Translations under genes and position numbers: made by a program
In this document: positions 41,310 to 54,200 of the stretch, in pieces
How positions within the stretch are numbered: position 1 is the stretch's first letter
How the letters are laid out: each line of letters begins with the position of its first letter
Source of the DNA: Histomonas meleagridis 2922-C6/04-290x
Lineage: Eukaryota > Protista > Parabasalia
Direction of reading: 5' to 3'
DNA length: 64,000 nt
Assembly: GCA_020184695.1 (NCBI GenBank)
Contig: JAANOX010000246.1
Span: 62,001 to 126,000 of the forward strand
The notes under the pieces: model-generated
What the model was told of the DNA's origin: nothing
The model's database searches: none
What the model saw: only the letters and a program-made list of their open reading frames with translations

Positions 41310-42698
41310 AATGTATTTTTTATTAATGAATATAAATATAAATATTATTTAAATCATTTTAATATTAATGTTAATGTTTTTTTTTGCCAAATTCGAATAT
41401 ATAACTAAACAAATGAATTTTCATTTCAATTTCAATTGTTAAACAACCTCAAAGTCTGAAAACAAATGTTTTTGTTAAAACATATGTTATTTTTATATTT
41501 GATTTAAAGTTTCATATGGAAAAATAGAAAAAATATCTAATTAAACTTAAATAAAATTCAAAAAATTAAATTACAGAAAATAGAAAAATTCATTTCTGAA
41601 TCTATTAATACATGTGTATAATATTGACTTTCGATTTCTGCAACCCGTATATAACGATCATCCTACGATCTTGATATCATGAATATATAATATATATACA
41701 TAGTTGCATCTATGATTAATATAAATCTAAGAATAATATCATGATTAGCACGAGATAAATTTATTCTTTCATTCCAAAAAGTGACAAAAATTGACTTTTG
41801 TATGGTTTATGTTGAACGATAGAGGGAACGATAGGTGCCGATAGAAGCGAATTTGAATGATGGTAAATATTATCAAATTTTTACCCTTATTTCAAAAAAC
41901 ACGTTATTCATATCCGAAAAGTGTCTTTAATTTCTATGCTTTATTTCTTTCTATCATTGTGATGATAATGGTATCCAAATCAAATGATCCTTGGTTTGTT
42001 AAGAAATAAAATTGATGAAATTTATTTACAATAGCGTGATTTGTTATTCATTCCAAATAATTATATGAAATATTGATTTTCTTGAATTTATGAATTTAAT
42101 GGAAAAAATGAATGATACGATAATTTTCGTAATACCTTAATGATTTACTTATTTAACCTGATTAATAATTTATTATAATCAACAAAATAGTTTCTGTGTA
42201 AGTACAACATATTCTTGAAATATCTTGGTACAAACGATACATTTTTTTTGATAAAAACGATTCTTGATCATCGAATTCATTTGATGTATTTTTTTTTTAA
42301 TTTTTAATTTTTGTATTTTAGCAAAATGTTCAATTTTATTGAATAAATATCTACACAAATCTAATTTGCAAATAATCTTCAAAATACTGACTTGAGATAC
42401 ATTTATCAATTCCTTTTATCTCATATTACTCATGTGCTATCAAATTTTGAATATATTACATTTTTCAACTTATTTGACATTTTATGTAATGATGTTAATT
42501 TCTCTATTTCTCCGAATATGAGTCAATACAGCATTTCTTGAGCTAGCTATATTCTTAAATTGTTTTTGAGAACGATACGAGCTGATTGAGTGATTTTTAT
42601 TCGTTTACTCATTCAAATTTGACTTTGAACCGCTTGAACATGTAAATTGATATCAACTGATTGAGGAAAAAAAAATTATCTATTTCTCACCTGAGATT

Positions 42699-42723
42699 TA
42701 TTTTTTGCCTTCGGCAAAAAATA
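42699..42723. repeat. Perfect 11-bp-stem hairpin with cGAAg triloop on the minus strand
   Basis: TATTTTTTGCC-TTC-GGCAAAAAATA. Confidence 0.8.
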
Positions 42724-43289
42724 GATCCATACTTTTATAAATTATTGGTTTTGCTTTTATATCTTTATTAATTTTTAAATTCTTCTAAATAATATTTTGG
42801 ATTTTGTTGAATTTTGTATATTCTCATTATTCTAAAAAACAATATCATTCAATTTAGAGATTTAGAATCGAAAAAATATAAAATAAGTAGTATAAACTAT
42901 CATAAAATTATAATATCATAATTATACTAAATTTTTTATGAATAGCTTTTGAATAAAATTTCATATGAAAATTATTTATTATCTTTTTATTTTTCATCAT
43001 TTGGAAATATTTAAAAACTAATTTAAGTACTATTGTACTTCGGGGATACTTGTATATTATATAAAATGAAAAGTAGGCTTCCAAAAAAACATATATAGAC
43101 AAAATTACAGTGATTACAATTTTAAAATAATTATTAATATGATGTGTACCTTTAATAAAAAAGAATGATGTTTTTATAAATTATGATTTTTTTGTTTCAA
43201 AATTCGTATTTTTATGTTTTTGATATTTCATCTATTTATGATTTAATGATTTACTTACCCACTTTTTTACTTTTCTCGCCTGTGAGTTG

Positions 43290-43352
43290 ACATGATATAG
43301 GGGAAAAATTTCGCCAGCGCTTCGCGATGGCCATTTTTTCCCTATATCATGT
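43290..43352. repeat. 63-bp fold-back (MITE-like) element with GCGAAGC core on the minus strand
   Basis: The 20-bp arms ACATGATATAGGGGAAAAAT and ATTTTTTCCCTATATCATGT have 1 mismatch and surround an internally paired GC-rich spacer GCCAGCGCTTCGCGATGGC. Confidence 0.75.
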
Positions 43353-43366
43353 TTCACCTTTAAACT

Positions 43367-44259
43367 TGAATAATGTTTTTATCATTTCAAAATCAAATTA
43401 CAAAAATAATAAGTTCAAGAACAACGATCACATTTGCTTCGAGTTAATAACTTATTACATTCGTTGAATAAGATTTTCGCGAGTATTTTTCATAACATTG
43501 GTCTTTGTGTGTACGTTTTTTGAAATGAGTATAAAAATTTTCTGCCCACGCTGTGAATCGTTACGAAATACTTTTTCAAATGGGCATCGGCTACACGTAC
43601 ACGCGCACGCTTTTCGAACGATGTTTATTGTAAACTCTTGAATTTGTGGGCAATTGTGATGGGAGTGCACAATCACTTCATTAAACAACAATGGAAAGTA
43701 AATATGGTGTAAAAAAAAATTTACCAAGTCGAAGATATGTTTCCGAGAAAGAAAGAACTCAAGCTATTTTGGGTAATTTTAATTTTATAGGAAGTAATGG
43801 AGAAAAGTTGATTAAATCAATTATAAAAGATGATATTACACTAAAGAAGATGATTTCTTTGGCTGAAAAATTCTCTAAAGCATCTGGAAAGCCTGTTGAT
43901 CGTGCTTATAAAAGACAAAAATTTTTGATGTATAAATATTTTGATGATAATTATGATGAATTCCAAAAATTAGTCCCACACGTTTCAGCCCAATATGAAA
44001 AGGATCCAAATCCTTAAAAATTAATAAAGCAACCATTTAGGTTTTTTCTTATTTAATGTTAGCAAGCATTCCAGTTGATGTTATATTGCAATTTAAACCA
44101 AGGATATTATCCAAACTTATAGTTTGCCATTAAGTCCACAAATAATTTCTGATCTTCTCGTGAAAATGGTATCATAAACATTCCACTTATCTATAAACTT
44201 CAAAAATAACCCACTTAAAAACAATAATTGCACAACATTCTTCCCAACTCTATACTTGT
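43367..44259 (+). repeat. Dispersed duplication, copy 2
   Basis: Colinear with 24704-25713 and starts 14 bp after the fold-back element. Confidence 0.92.
43691..44017 (+). CDS. Small basic parabasalid-type protein, copy 2
   Basis: 108 aa, paralogue of 25034-25360. Confidence 0.7.
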   Translation: MESKYGVKKNLPSRRYVSEKERTQAILGNFNFIGSNGEKLIKSIIKDDITLKKMISLAEKFSKASGKPVDRAYKRQKFLMYKYFDDNYDEFQKLVPHVSAQYEKDPNP

Positions 44260-44332
44260 GTATTATATGATATATAAAATAAATGTTTTAAAATTATAAA
44301 AAAAAAAAAAAATTAAAAACATAAAGAAACAT

Positions 44333-44968
44333 TTATTTAGGTTGATGATACATATCAATTTGTTCCGACAAATAGCCTAGAATTGGCGTGTTCATTTCTT
44401 TCGTCTCTTCAGAAAGTTCTTGAAGAATGTTGGAAAGATCTTTCAACAAATTTCGTTCTTCTGAAAGTTCTGAAAGGAGTTGCATTCCTGCCTTCTTCAT
44501 CAACACTACTTCGGACAATGTCTTCAAGATTGAAATAAACATCATCGCGTGAAATAATCGCCGAAACCCATGCTGATGATTTTTCGAATAATTCGCTGAT
44601 GTTGGCGCTATCTTGATATGAATTAGCAATAACTTGCGTCATTTTGTTATTCCCTATTTCTTGACTTAATATTGATAAATCAATCCCTTTGTTTAAAAGT
44701 GCTTGTGATGATTCTTGTAAACAATATGGACAAAAACCCACGTCGGATTATCAGTTTCATCCTCAATACATTCAATATGAAATTGACAATGACAAACTGA
44801 ACAAAAAATCATTTCATCTGAATTCGTTGGTTGACCACACGGACAACGAAATATTGGTGCATTTTCTTCTTCTTTGATTTTTTTATGAAAATTTCGATGC
44901 GATGGCGATGCAAGTCTTGAAAGTTCTGAAAGTCGTTGAAGAGGATCATTCATTATTGATGTGTTCAA
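44333..44968 (-). pseudogene. PHD-finger protein with two frameshifts (pseudogene or consensus errors)
   Basis: CPC...MIFCSVCHCQFHIEC...W then CPYC in a second frame (shift near 44735). A return to the first frame near 44485 gives MQLLSELSEER...HQPK*. Confidence 0.7.
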
Positions 44969-45116
44969 TTATGAAATAAAAGTTATGTGGAATGAGAACG
45001 TTATTTACTTAACGTGCGACTTAAAATGAAATTTGAAATTGTTTTAGTGTTATTTATAGTAAAATATATAAATATAATCCAACAAAAATATTTTTACTCA
45101 TATATATATAAATATT

Positions 45117-46020
45117 TTAATATTCAAAGAGTGCAAGCGAAAGAATACCTTTTTTATGTGAACTACCATTCGAATATATTTTTTTCCCTGTCTCTGCTTC
45201 CCACGTTCGATAATTATGTGCCTCCTGTGATAATATATTTGCTGTCTTTGGTAATGGCAACATCCCAAATCCATTTCATTTGACGGGGATCTTCAAGATG
45301 AAATTTTTCTTTATAATTTATAAAATCATAAATTTTCGATGTTGAATCTGCTGATGTTGTAACAAAATATTTTTCATCTGGTGAAATCTTACTTCGAAGA
45401 ATTACATCTTGATGCGCTTGAAAATTAATTTCTTGGCGAAATTCATTCAATTCTGAATCAAAATTCAAAACAGAAATTTCTCCATTTTGAAGTCCAACTA
45501 AAAATTTATTCCCATTTCGCGTCATGGAAAGACTTCGAATTGGACATTGTCGAACTTGATATTTATTTATTAATTGATAATTCCGATTGTCGTACATTTC
45601 AATAAATCCTTTTTCATCACTTAAAAAAAGATAATTTTCATTAGGATGAAGTAAAATATTATTAAGTGATGTTTCAGTGCTAATTGAATGTTGTGGTCGA
45701 TTGCTTTGTAATGGATCCCAAAATTTAAATGTTCGATCTTCACTACATGAATAAAAATTATTTCCTAAAACTAAATCTGTAACATTTCCTGTATGTCCTG
45801 TAAATTGAACAAATTTTTCATTACTAATAATATTGTGTAAATTAACTTAAGGATTTGTGGCTGTTAAAAATTTCTTATCTTCATGAACTAAAATTCGATT
45901 AACTTGTGAATTAAGAATTGTGACTGGACGAATATTTGGGTCTTCTTCCCATTCAAAAATACTTGTAAATGTAATACTTAAATCTAATCCTGCTGAGATT
46001 AAATAAGGTGTATAATTCAT
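45117..46020 (-). pseudogene. LST8: LST8 (TOR complex WD40 subunit)-like, with internal TAA (45847-45849) and a frameshift near 45215
   Basis: SQVNRI, TNP*V, TGHTGNVT, SCSEDRT, LHPNE, AHQDVILRSKISPDEKYFVTTSADST, KWIWDVA and SHKKG follow the LST8 repeat order over ~300 codons. Confidence 0.8.
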
Positions 46021-46088
46021 AATAAAAGAAATTTTTAATTTTTAATTATTTTGTTAAACGGTCATTTAATCATTTTTTTTTTTTCTAA

Positions 46089-46982
46089 ATGATCCCAAGT
46101 ATTAAAAGTCAATCATTTCGAGAAATTCGATCATCAATGAATCAAAAAGAACATTTGAAAAGTATTCTTCAAAAACATCCATTTATTCATTGTCTTGAAA
46201 TTATCACGAATAAGCAACCACCAACATTTCCTCATTTTTCTGATCATTATTATCAAGTTTTAATAAATCCAAAATTTTTAAAAGATGAAAATGTATTAAA
46301 TGATATTATTGAAGGAAACATTATTTTTGTTTCATTAACACCTATTCATAATGGGAATGGATTATATATTTATAAAGGAAATATTCTTTTTTTAATAAAT
46401 CAAAGTACATATCAACGTTTTGGTCTTCAAGGTCAAAAATATGAAGACAAATATTTAATTTCCATTCAAGCGACAGAACGCGAACGCATTCAACGTCTTC
46501 AAATTGTTGAAAATATCGAAGGGATTCTTTATAGTAATAATTTAAATATTTATGAGAAATATATTGAAAAACTAGAAATTTCCACACCGAACATTGAAGG
46601 ATGGAAAAATATTTCTAATTTTAATTTTAATATTTTTGAAATCTTTGAAAAGAAAAACATTAAACAAGAAGAAATCAAAGAGTTTATTTCTAACCTTGAG
46701 GAAAGTTTTTATAAGGAATTTATAACTATAACATCAAATCTTTCTAAAATTATCATCAAAGGATTTCTTAATGTTTCAGAAATAGAAGAATTTCTGATGA
46801 GTCTTGGAGAAGAATCGTATTGCATCATTAGCATTTGGGATATGAAAGATGTTGTTTCATCATTTTTAGGCAAGAAACTTACGATGAAAGGCATTGGAGG
46901 AGGAACAGAAATGATTTTGTATGGTGACGAATTTCCATTCTCTATCGAAATTCAAACAGTTGAATATTTACAAGAAGAATAA
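46089..46982 (+). CDS. RNase P/MRP subunit Rpp40-like
   Basis: GNILFLINQSTYQRFGLQG resembles Rpp40 GKLILSLDKDTYEETGLQG; C-terminal SIWDMKDVVSSF. Head-to-head with LST8 with a 68-bp gap. Confidence 0.55.
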   Translation: MIPSIKSQSFREIRSSMNQKEHLKSILQKHPFIHCLEIITNKQPPTFPHFSDHYYQVLINPKFLKDENVLNDIIEGNIIFVSLTPIHNGNGLYIYKGNILFLINQSTYQRFGLQGQKYEDKYLISIQATERERIQRLQIVENIEGILYSNNLNIYEKYIEKLEISTPNIEGWKNISNFNFNIFEIFEKKNIKQEEIKEFISNLEESFYKEFITITSNLSKIIIKGFLNVSEIEEFLMSLGEESYCIISIWDMKDVVSSFLGKKLTMKGIGGGTEMILYGDEFPFSIEIQTVEYLQEE

Positions 46983-47105
46983 ACAAATAAATAAATATAT
47001 TATATATAAATAAATGAATAAAATCATATAAAAACATTTTAAATATTTTTTTGAACAAATGAATTTAAAAAGAATAAGGAAAATAATCAACAAAACAATT
47101 TTTAT

Positions 47106-47759
47106 TTAATAAATTAAACAATTATTATTCGATGTTTCATTATTGTCATTATTAAGATATTCTTCTATTTCTTCATCAATATCATGAACAAAGAATAAAT
47201 TCGATTCATTTGGTAACATATTTAATGTCGAAAGATATTTGTTTTGAACTTTAATCGATATATAACGAAAAAGTGTTTGAAGATTAAGTGTTTCAGGAAC
47301 ACTGATTCGAAATAATGGCGCATTGAGTTGCTTCGACATTCGCGTCGATTCTTCAACTTTAATTAAACTATTTTCAATTAAATCTGTTTTGTTTTCAACT
47401 AGAATAACTTCAGTATTAGGTGAATACATTTTAACCTTTTCTAACCATTCTGGAATACTTTCAAATGATGAACGATCTTCAACTGAATAAAAAAGAACAA
47501 AAATATTAACTTCTTCAAAAACATCTTCACTAAGAAAATGATATTTTTCAAGACCTGGTGTATCCCATAGAAATAAATGAACTGATTCTTGTGTGTTTTC
47601 TAAATTATAATTAATTTCATAAAATTCAGAACTTAACGAAGGAATATGTGTTGAAGGAAATTCATTATTTAAATATTTTTGAATAACTGAAGTTTTCCCA
47701 ACCCCACTATTCCCAACGAAAACAATTTTAAAATCATAACCAAGATAACTTTCTTTCAT
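47106..47759 (-). CDS. Rab-family small GTPase (divergent)
   Basis: GNSGVGKT, WDTPGLE and NKTD motifs; C-terminal CLIY. Confidence 0.88.
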   Translation of the reverse strand: MKESYLGYDFKIVFVGNSGVGKTSVIQKYLNNEFPSTHIPSLSSEFYEINYNLENTQESVHLFLWDTPGLEKYHFLSEDVFEEVNIFVLFYSVEDRSSFESIPEWLEKVKMYSPNTEVILVENKTDLIENSLIKVEESTRMSKQLNAPLFRISVPETLNLQTLFRYISIKVQNKYLSTLNMLPNESNLFFVHDIDEEIEEYLNNDNNETSNNNCLIY

Positions 47760-48271
47760 TTTTTTCTTTTCTTTTTTTCTTTTAAGTTTTACGTTTATTA
47801 TTCCCACTTTTCATAAACAACAGAAAATAAATAATCAGCTGCAAAGAAAGTTCTATATATTGTTAATTATATTTCCCATATTAAAATAGTTACAAGTTAT
47901 CTGATAGTTTAAAAACTATAAAATCTTTTTATTAAGCATTTTATTCTATAAAAGCAATTTTAAGTAATTAATTTTTCATTAATTATATTTATAAAAATAA
48001 TATTAATATATAAAAATGGAGTATGAACACAATATTGCTTAAAAAAATTTTACCATAATATATTTGCATAAACAATTAATTTTATAAAGAATATAATGTC
48101 AATATCCTTTTATCTCTTAAATATTCGACATCATTGGTGTGGATTCCTAATTACAATCATCAATATTTTATAATTTTATAACTGATTTTTGATTTAATAT
48201 CGATATTCATTAAAAATTAAAAATGAATGAAGGAATTTTGAATTTTATTCATCTCCTATTAGATTCTATGA

Positions 48272-51200
48272 TCATGGATCAATTTTATTGGAAAATCGTT
48301 CCTTTTTTTTCTTGTATATTATAAACATCACCAATACAGTTAGAGTAGACGCACCAATAATACAAACTACGATTGAAACAGCAAGTACTGCAGAAGAGTG
48401 ACCTTCTTCCACAGTAATTGGTGCATAACTTGATTCAGGTTCTTCTGAGCATGAACATTCTTGACACGATATTTCAGTATATTCTGGACAACTAATTTCA
48501 CTTTGTTCTGGACATGAACATTCAGGAATTGTAATTTCTGTAGGTTCTTGATAAATAATTCCATTATCAAATCCATACCATAAATAATGATTATTTTCAG
48601 GATTAATTGTACATTGTTCAAGATAATTATTCCAAGCTGCTTCAATTGGTAATTTAATTATAGGTAATTTTCCTGCATTAACAAAAATATTTTCATTAAA
48701 TGTTGTTGGTGGTTTTATTCCAAGTTTTAATTCTTTTAATTTTATACAATTGTTAAATATATTTGAAGAATCTTGATTCACTGTCGAAATTGAGGATAAA
48801 TCAATTGATTCTAAATTTGTACAACCATTAAAATGATTATCTCCTATCATTATTGATATTTTTGGTAATGAAATTGATAATAAAGAAGAACAATTCATAA
48901 AACAATTAGATGACATAATATTAGCATATTCAACATTAATTGATTTTAATTTTGTTAAATTCGCAAATAAATTATTTGGAATACTAACTAAAAGAGGGAT
49001 CGAAACTTCTTGTAAATTATAATCACCTATTAGATCATCTGACCTCATAGTTTGTTGTAAATCTAAAACTAATTTTGTTAAATTTGGAAGATTTTGTAAT
49101 ACACCATAAGCAAATGTAACATCACATTGAATAAAAATTTCAGTCAAAGAAATACAATTAGTAAATGTTCCACTTTTGTATTTCAGAAATTGTTGCAATA
49201 TTTGCTTCAAATTTAATTAATGTTAAACAATCTTTTAATACATCTCTTAAATCATTAGCTTCTATAAGACCTCCAATAAGTTCTAATGTTTCAACGTTAT
49301 CATTTGTGTATAAATTTAATGAAAGTTTTCGACTTTTATATTCGATTCCATTAATCTTAAATATTTTCATTGGTGGTAAAAGATTTGAATCGATATTAAT
49401 TCCACACCATTTTTCATCTTCTTTAATATCATCCACTACATTTGATTGATCATCATAAATAAGATAATCATCTTTATTAGGTAATTCTAATTGAATATTT
49501 GGACAATTTATAAATGAATCTTTATGAAATGTTGTTGGTTGTTTTGAAGGTAATTTTTATTCGAATTAATTGATTACAATCTTGAAATATTAATGATGCA
49601 GTGTTATCAACATTTTCTAATGAAGATAAATCAATTTCTCTTAAATTATTGCATCCTGAAAATATTTGATCACCATTTAATTGTAAACATCCTGGAATAA
49701 TAATTGTACTTAATAAATTACAACCTAAAAATGCGCCGAAATTAATAACTTTTGTTTCTTTAAATTCAATATATTGTAATAAAGTACAACCACTAAAACA
49801 TTCTTTCATTAAAGAAACACTTTTCATAATTTTAACTTTAGTTAATGTTTTTATATCTTTAAATTGTTCAGATTCAATTATAGAAGATTCCAAAACAGCA
49901 GATTCTAATATCGAAATTTCTGTTAACAATGGGAATTCTGTATGTAATTCATTTAGATGTGATTGTTTAATTAACCCTTTTTGTATTTCTACTTTTTTAA
50001 CTTCTGTAATACCACTAATTTTTTTGCTGCATTAATTAAAGTATCACTATTTAATGATTCTCCATCATTTATTGATACTGTAATATATAATTGAATTAAA
50101 CCAATTCCACACCATTTCAAATCATCACTTAAATCATCTTCAACATCAATATTTGAATCATATAAACGTAATTCATCATTTTTTAACCCAAGAATTATAA
50201 TATCTTTTCCTTTAAATGTATCTTTATTAAATGTTTTTGGTGGAATATTTGGTAAATATATTGAATTTAAAGGACAATCTTTAAATATATTACATGAATC
50301 AGAATTAACATTTTGTAAATTTATAAGACTAATCGAAGTTAATGAAGTACAACCTGAAAAATGATTATCTCCTTCTAATGTAATAATATTTAAACTAATT
50401 GATTCAATACTTTTACAACCACTAAAAGCAGAATCACAAAGTATTTTAGCATCTTCAATTATAACATTTTTAAGTTGAATACAATCTTTAAAACAATTTT
50501 GAGGAATTTTAGTAATTCCTGGTAATGTTATTGAAATAAGAGGTAACCCACTAAAAATCGAATCAGTTAATTCATCTTTTAAAGTTACTGTTTTAGATAT
50601 AATTAAATTTTCAAGAAAAGATAATTTGGTAATACTTTCAAGAATAGAATTTATTGTTAAAATCCCTTTAATAATTTCTAATGTATTAATAGATAATTCA
50701 GAAATACCTGATGATAATATACAATCAGAAAGTTTCATTCCTGTAATTATTTTATTTTGTCCATTTATTTTAATTCCTATTAAAACAGAAGGTATAATAA
50801 GTCCACACCAAAGTCCATCATTTTCTTTATCATCTTCTACTAAATTATTATTATCATATGTTAAATAATCATTTTCAGATGGTAAAATTAATGATAATTG
50901 TTCTTCAAGACCAACAAATACATTTTTATTAAAAGTATTTGGTGGAATTGAAGGGAAATTTAAAGTTTTAAGTTTATGACAACCAGAAAAAATACTATTA
51001 GCATCACTTGGTACAGTTTTCAATTTTTTTAATGAAATTTATAATAATTCATTACAATTATTAAAAATGATTATTACCAATAATATTTTGTAACTTATTT
51101 AATACGATTGTTTTAAGTTTAATACAATCTTTAAAAGCTGAAGAATACATTGAAGTTGCTGTAATTATTACATTTTCTAAAGATAAACAACCACAAAATG

Positions 51201-54200
51201 CTTCTTCACCAATTGAATAAGTTCCATCATATAAAATAGTAATATATTTCAAGTTTATATTATTTGACATAGCATTTTGAAGGAATTTCTTCAATAATAA
51301 CATTTGATGGAATCGTTAAAGAAGTAATAGAAGAAGGAAGTGGGAAATCTGAACCTGATATTTTTCCTTTAATTATTTCAACAATTTTAGAATCTTCATT
51401 AATAATACTTTTTAATGTTAAACCATTAACTATTTCACCATCTATTAAACATGATATTATTGTATAAGATAAAATAAGTGAATAAAATTTCATATTATTA
51501 TCAATTCCATCTGCTTTATCATATTGAATAGCTTCTTCATTAGTTATTCCAATAAGTAAAGGATTACTATCAAATAAAAATGAACCTTGAACTATTGGTG
51601 GTGTACCAGATAATTGAATTGATTTAATATTTGGTGAATTTTCCGAAATATAACCAATGTCATTAACTTTTGTCAAATTTGGTAATTCTATATTTTTAAG
51701 ATTTAAATTATTAGAAAAGAAATGTGAACCTGTAATTGTATCAACAAATGGAAATGAAATGATTTCAAGTGATGTTGGACCATAAAAACAACGTGAACTT
51801 AATTCTTTTGTATTTGGTATATTTATAGATTGAAGATTTATACATCCTTCAAAAGAACTTGTTCCAATTAATCTAATTCCACATTTAATATTTATATTTT
51901 GAATTTTTTGATGATTTTTTAAGAAATTATCAGGAATTATTTGATTTTCAATTGAAGCAGAAGATTCAATTATTAAATCTGTTAAAGTGACAAAAGTATC
52001 TTTGAAAGTATTTAGAACTTCATTTGTTAAATGACCATTGAAATATTGTTAATTGATTAATTTCTGAAGTAACTTTTTCCTGTAGCAAGACATGCATCAT
52101 ATAATGTAATACCAATTCCAAAAGAATTATCAGCACTAATATTAATCCATTCATAATGTTTTAATTCTAAACCACACCAATGATTATCTCCAGCTGTATC
52201 ACCTTCAACATTAATATCATTATCATATATATTAATTGATTCAGGTGGAATTACAATATCACATGTAAGAGATAAAAATGTATCTCTATGAAATGTTAAA
52301 GGAGGTCGATCTGGCATTGATATTGTTTTTAATCCTCTACATCCTTTAAATATATTTGCTGATGTTGAATCAACTGTAACTAAAAATTTTAAGGAAAGTG
52401 ATTCAATATTTTCACAATTTGAAAAAATATAATCGCCTTGAAATTCTTGAATTTTTGGTATTTCGAGTTCAACTAAGCTAATACAACCACTAAATGCAAA
52501 AAGAACCAAGTTTCGTAACTAATGGTAATTTACATTTTTTCATTGCAGTAAAATCTAAAAATCCATTTTCAGGAACATTTAATGCATTTGGGAAGAAAAC
52601 ATTTTCTAATATTTTTGGGGATGGAATAACACCAAATTCAATTGATTGATAACCAAGTGAAATTGTTTTTATATTATTACAATCAGAAAATGCATTCGTT
52701 CCCATATAAGTACATGAATCAAGTTCTAAAATTGTTAATTTTTGACAATTCGAAAAACAATATTCATCAATTGAAGTACAATGTTTTGCATTTACTTCAA
52801 TTAATTGAATACAATCTCTAAACATCCATTTCCTTAAAATTGGTACATTTTCGAATGAAACTTTTTGAAGAACAGAACATCCATCAAATTGACATCCAAC
52901 ATTTCCTTGACCATAAACACTTCTTGTAGAAAGTTCAATAACATTATTAAATGTAACTTCTATAAAAACACATTTATAAAATGCATCAGTTCCAATTGAA
53001 TTTAATTTTGGTGCAATAATATTTTTAAGTTGTATACAATTAGCAAATGCATAATTTCCAATATTTGTACATTCAATAATTTCAACGGAAGTTAATTTTG
53101 GACAAGAATTAAATGCATAATTATCAATTGTTATCAGAGGAGATAAATTAATTNTTGTTAATGATGANATTTCACTAAATGCATATTCACCAATATAATT
53201 AACTAGTGGAGATGTAACATTAGTATATGAATGACATCGAACAAAAAGCACTTCCATCAATAGTTGTTACAACAGGTGTATCGATATAAATAAGTTGAGT
53301 ACAATCTCTGAACATCCATTTTCTAATAATAGGCGTATTTTTCATTGTAATCTTTTTAAGTACAGAACATCTATCAAATTGACATCCAACATTTCCTTGA
53401 CCATAAACACTTCTTGTAGAAAGTTCAATAACATTATTAAATGTAACTTCTATAAAAACACATTTATAAAATGCATCAGTTCCAAGTTTAGTAACAAGTG
53501 GTGCATTAATTGATGAAAGTTGAATACAATTATAAAATGCATAATTATCAATAGTTACACAATTTGGTAATATAACTGTTATTAAATTATTACAACCTTC
53601 AAAAGCATTTTGTGCGATTGTTTGAACAGGTGAATTAATAATTGTTAAATTTGGTAAATTAGCAAATGCAGAATTTCCAATATAATTTAATATTGGGAAA
53701 TCTATATTTGAATAACTTGTACAACCTGTAAATGTTTTTTCATCTATGACTGTAACATTTGGTGCATTAATATCGATCAAAGAATAACAATTTTTAAACA
53801 TCCATTTTCTTAAATTATTCACTAATGGCATTGATATTGATTTAAGTAATTCACAACCTTCAAATTGTGATCCAACATTTCCTTCACCATAAACATTATA
53901 TGTTCCAAATGAAATTACATTTTGTAATATTACATTTTCTATAGATGTATATTGAAAAGCACGATCATTAATTGTTTGTACAGATGGAATTTTAATTAAC
54001 GTAAGTTTTGAACAACCACTAAATCCTTTTGAGTTAATAGTAATACAATTTATTAAATCAATACTAATTAAATTCACACATCCTTCAAAAGCAGCAACAC
54101 CTATAGTAATAACAGAATCTAAAGTAATATTTTGAATCCCTTGACATCCTGCAAAAGCAGATTCATCAATTGTTTGTAATTTTGGGAATGTAATATTACA

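Noticed and set aside
45847-45849. In-frame TAA in LST8 (and in the mariner) as evidence for a TAA-to-sense genetic code
   Set aside because: Many conserved genes here (RFC, eL42, Ada2, SRD5A, RRM) end at TAA where expected and have no internal TAA. Both cases lie in genes with other lesions.
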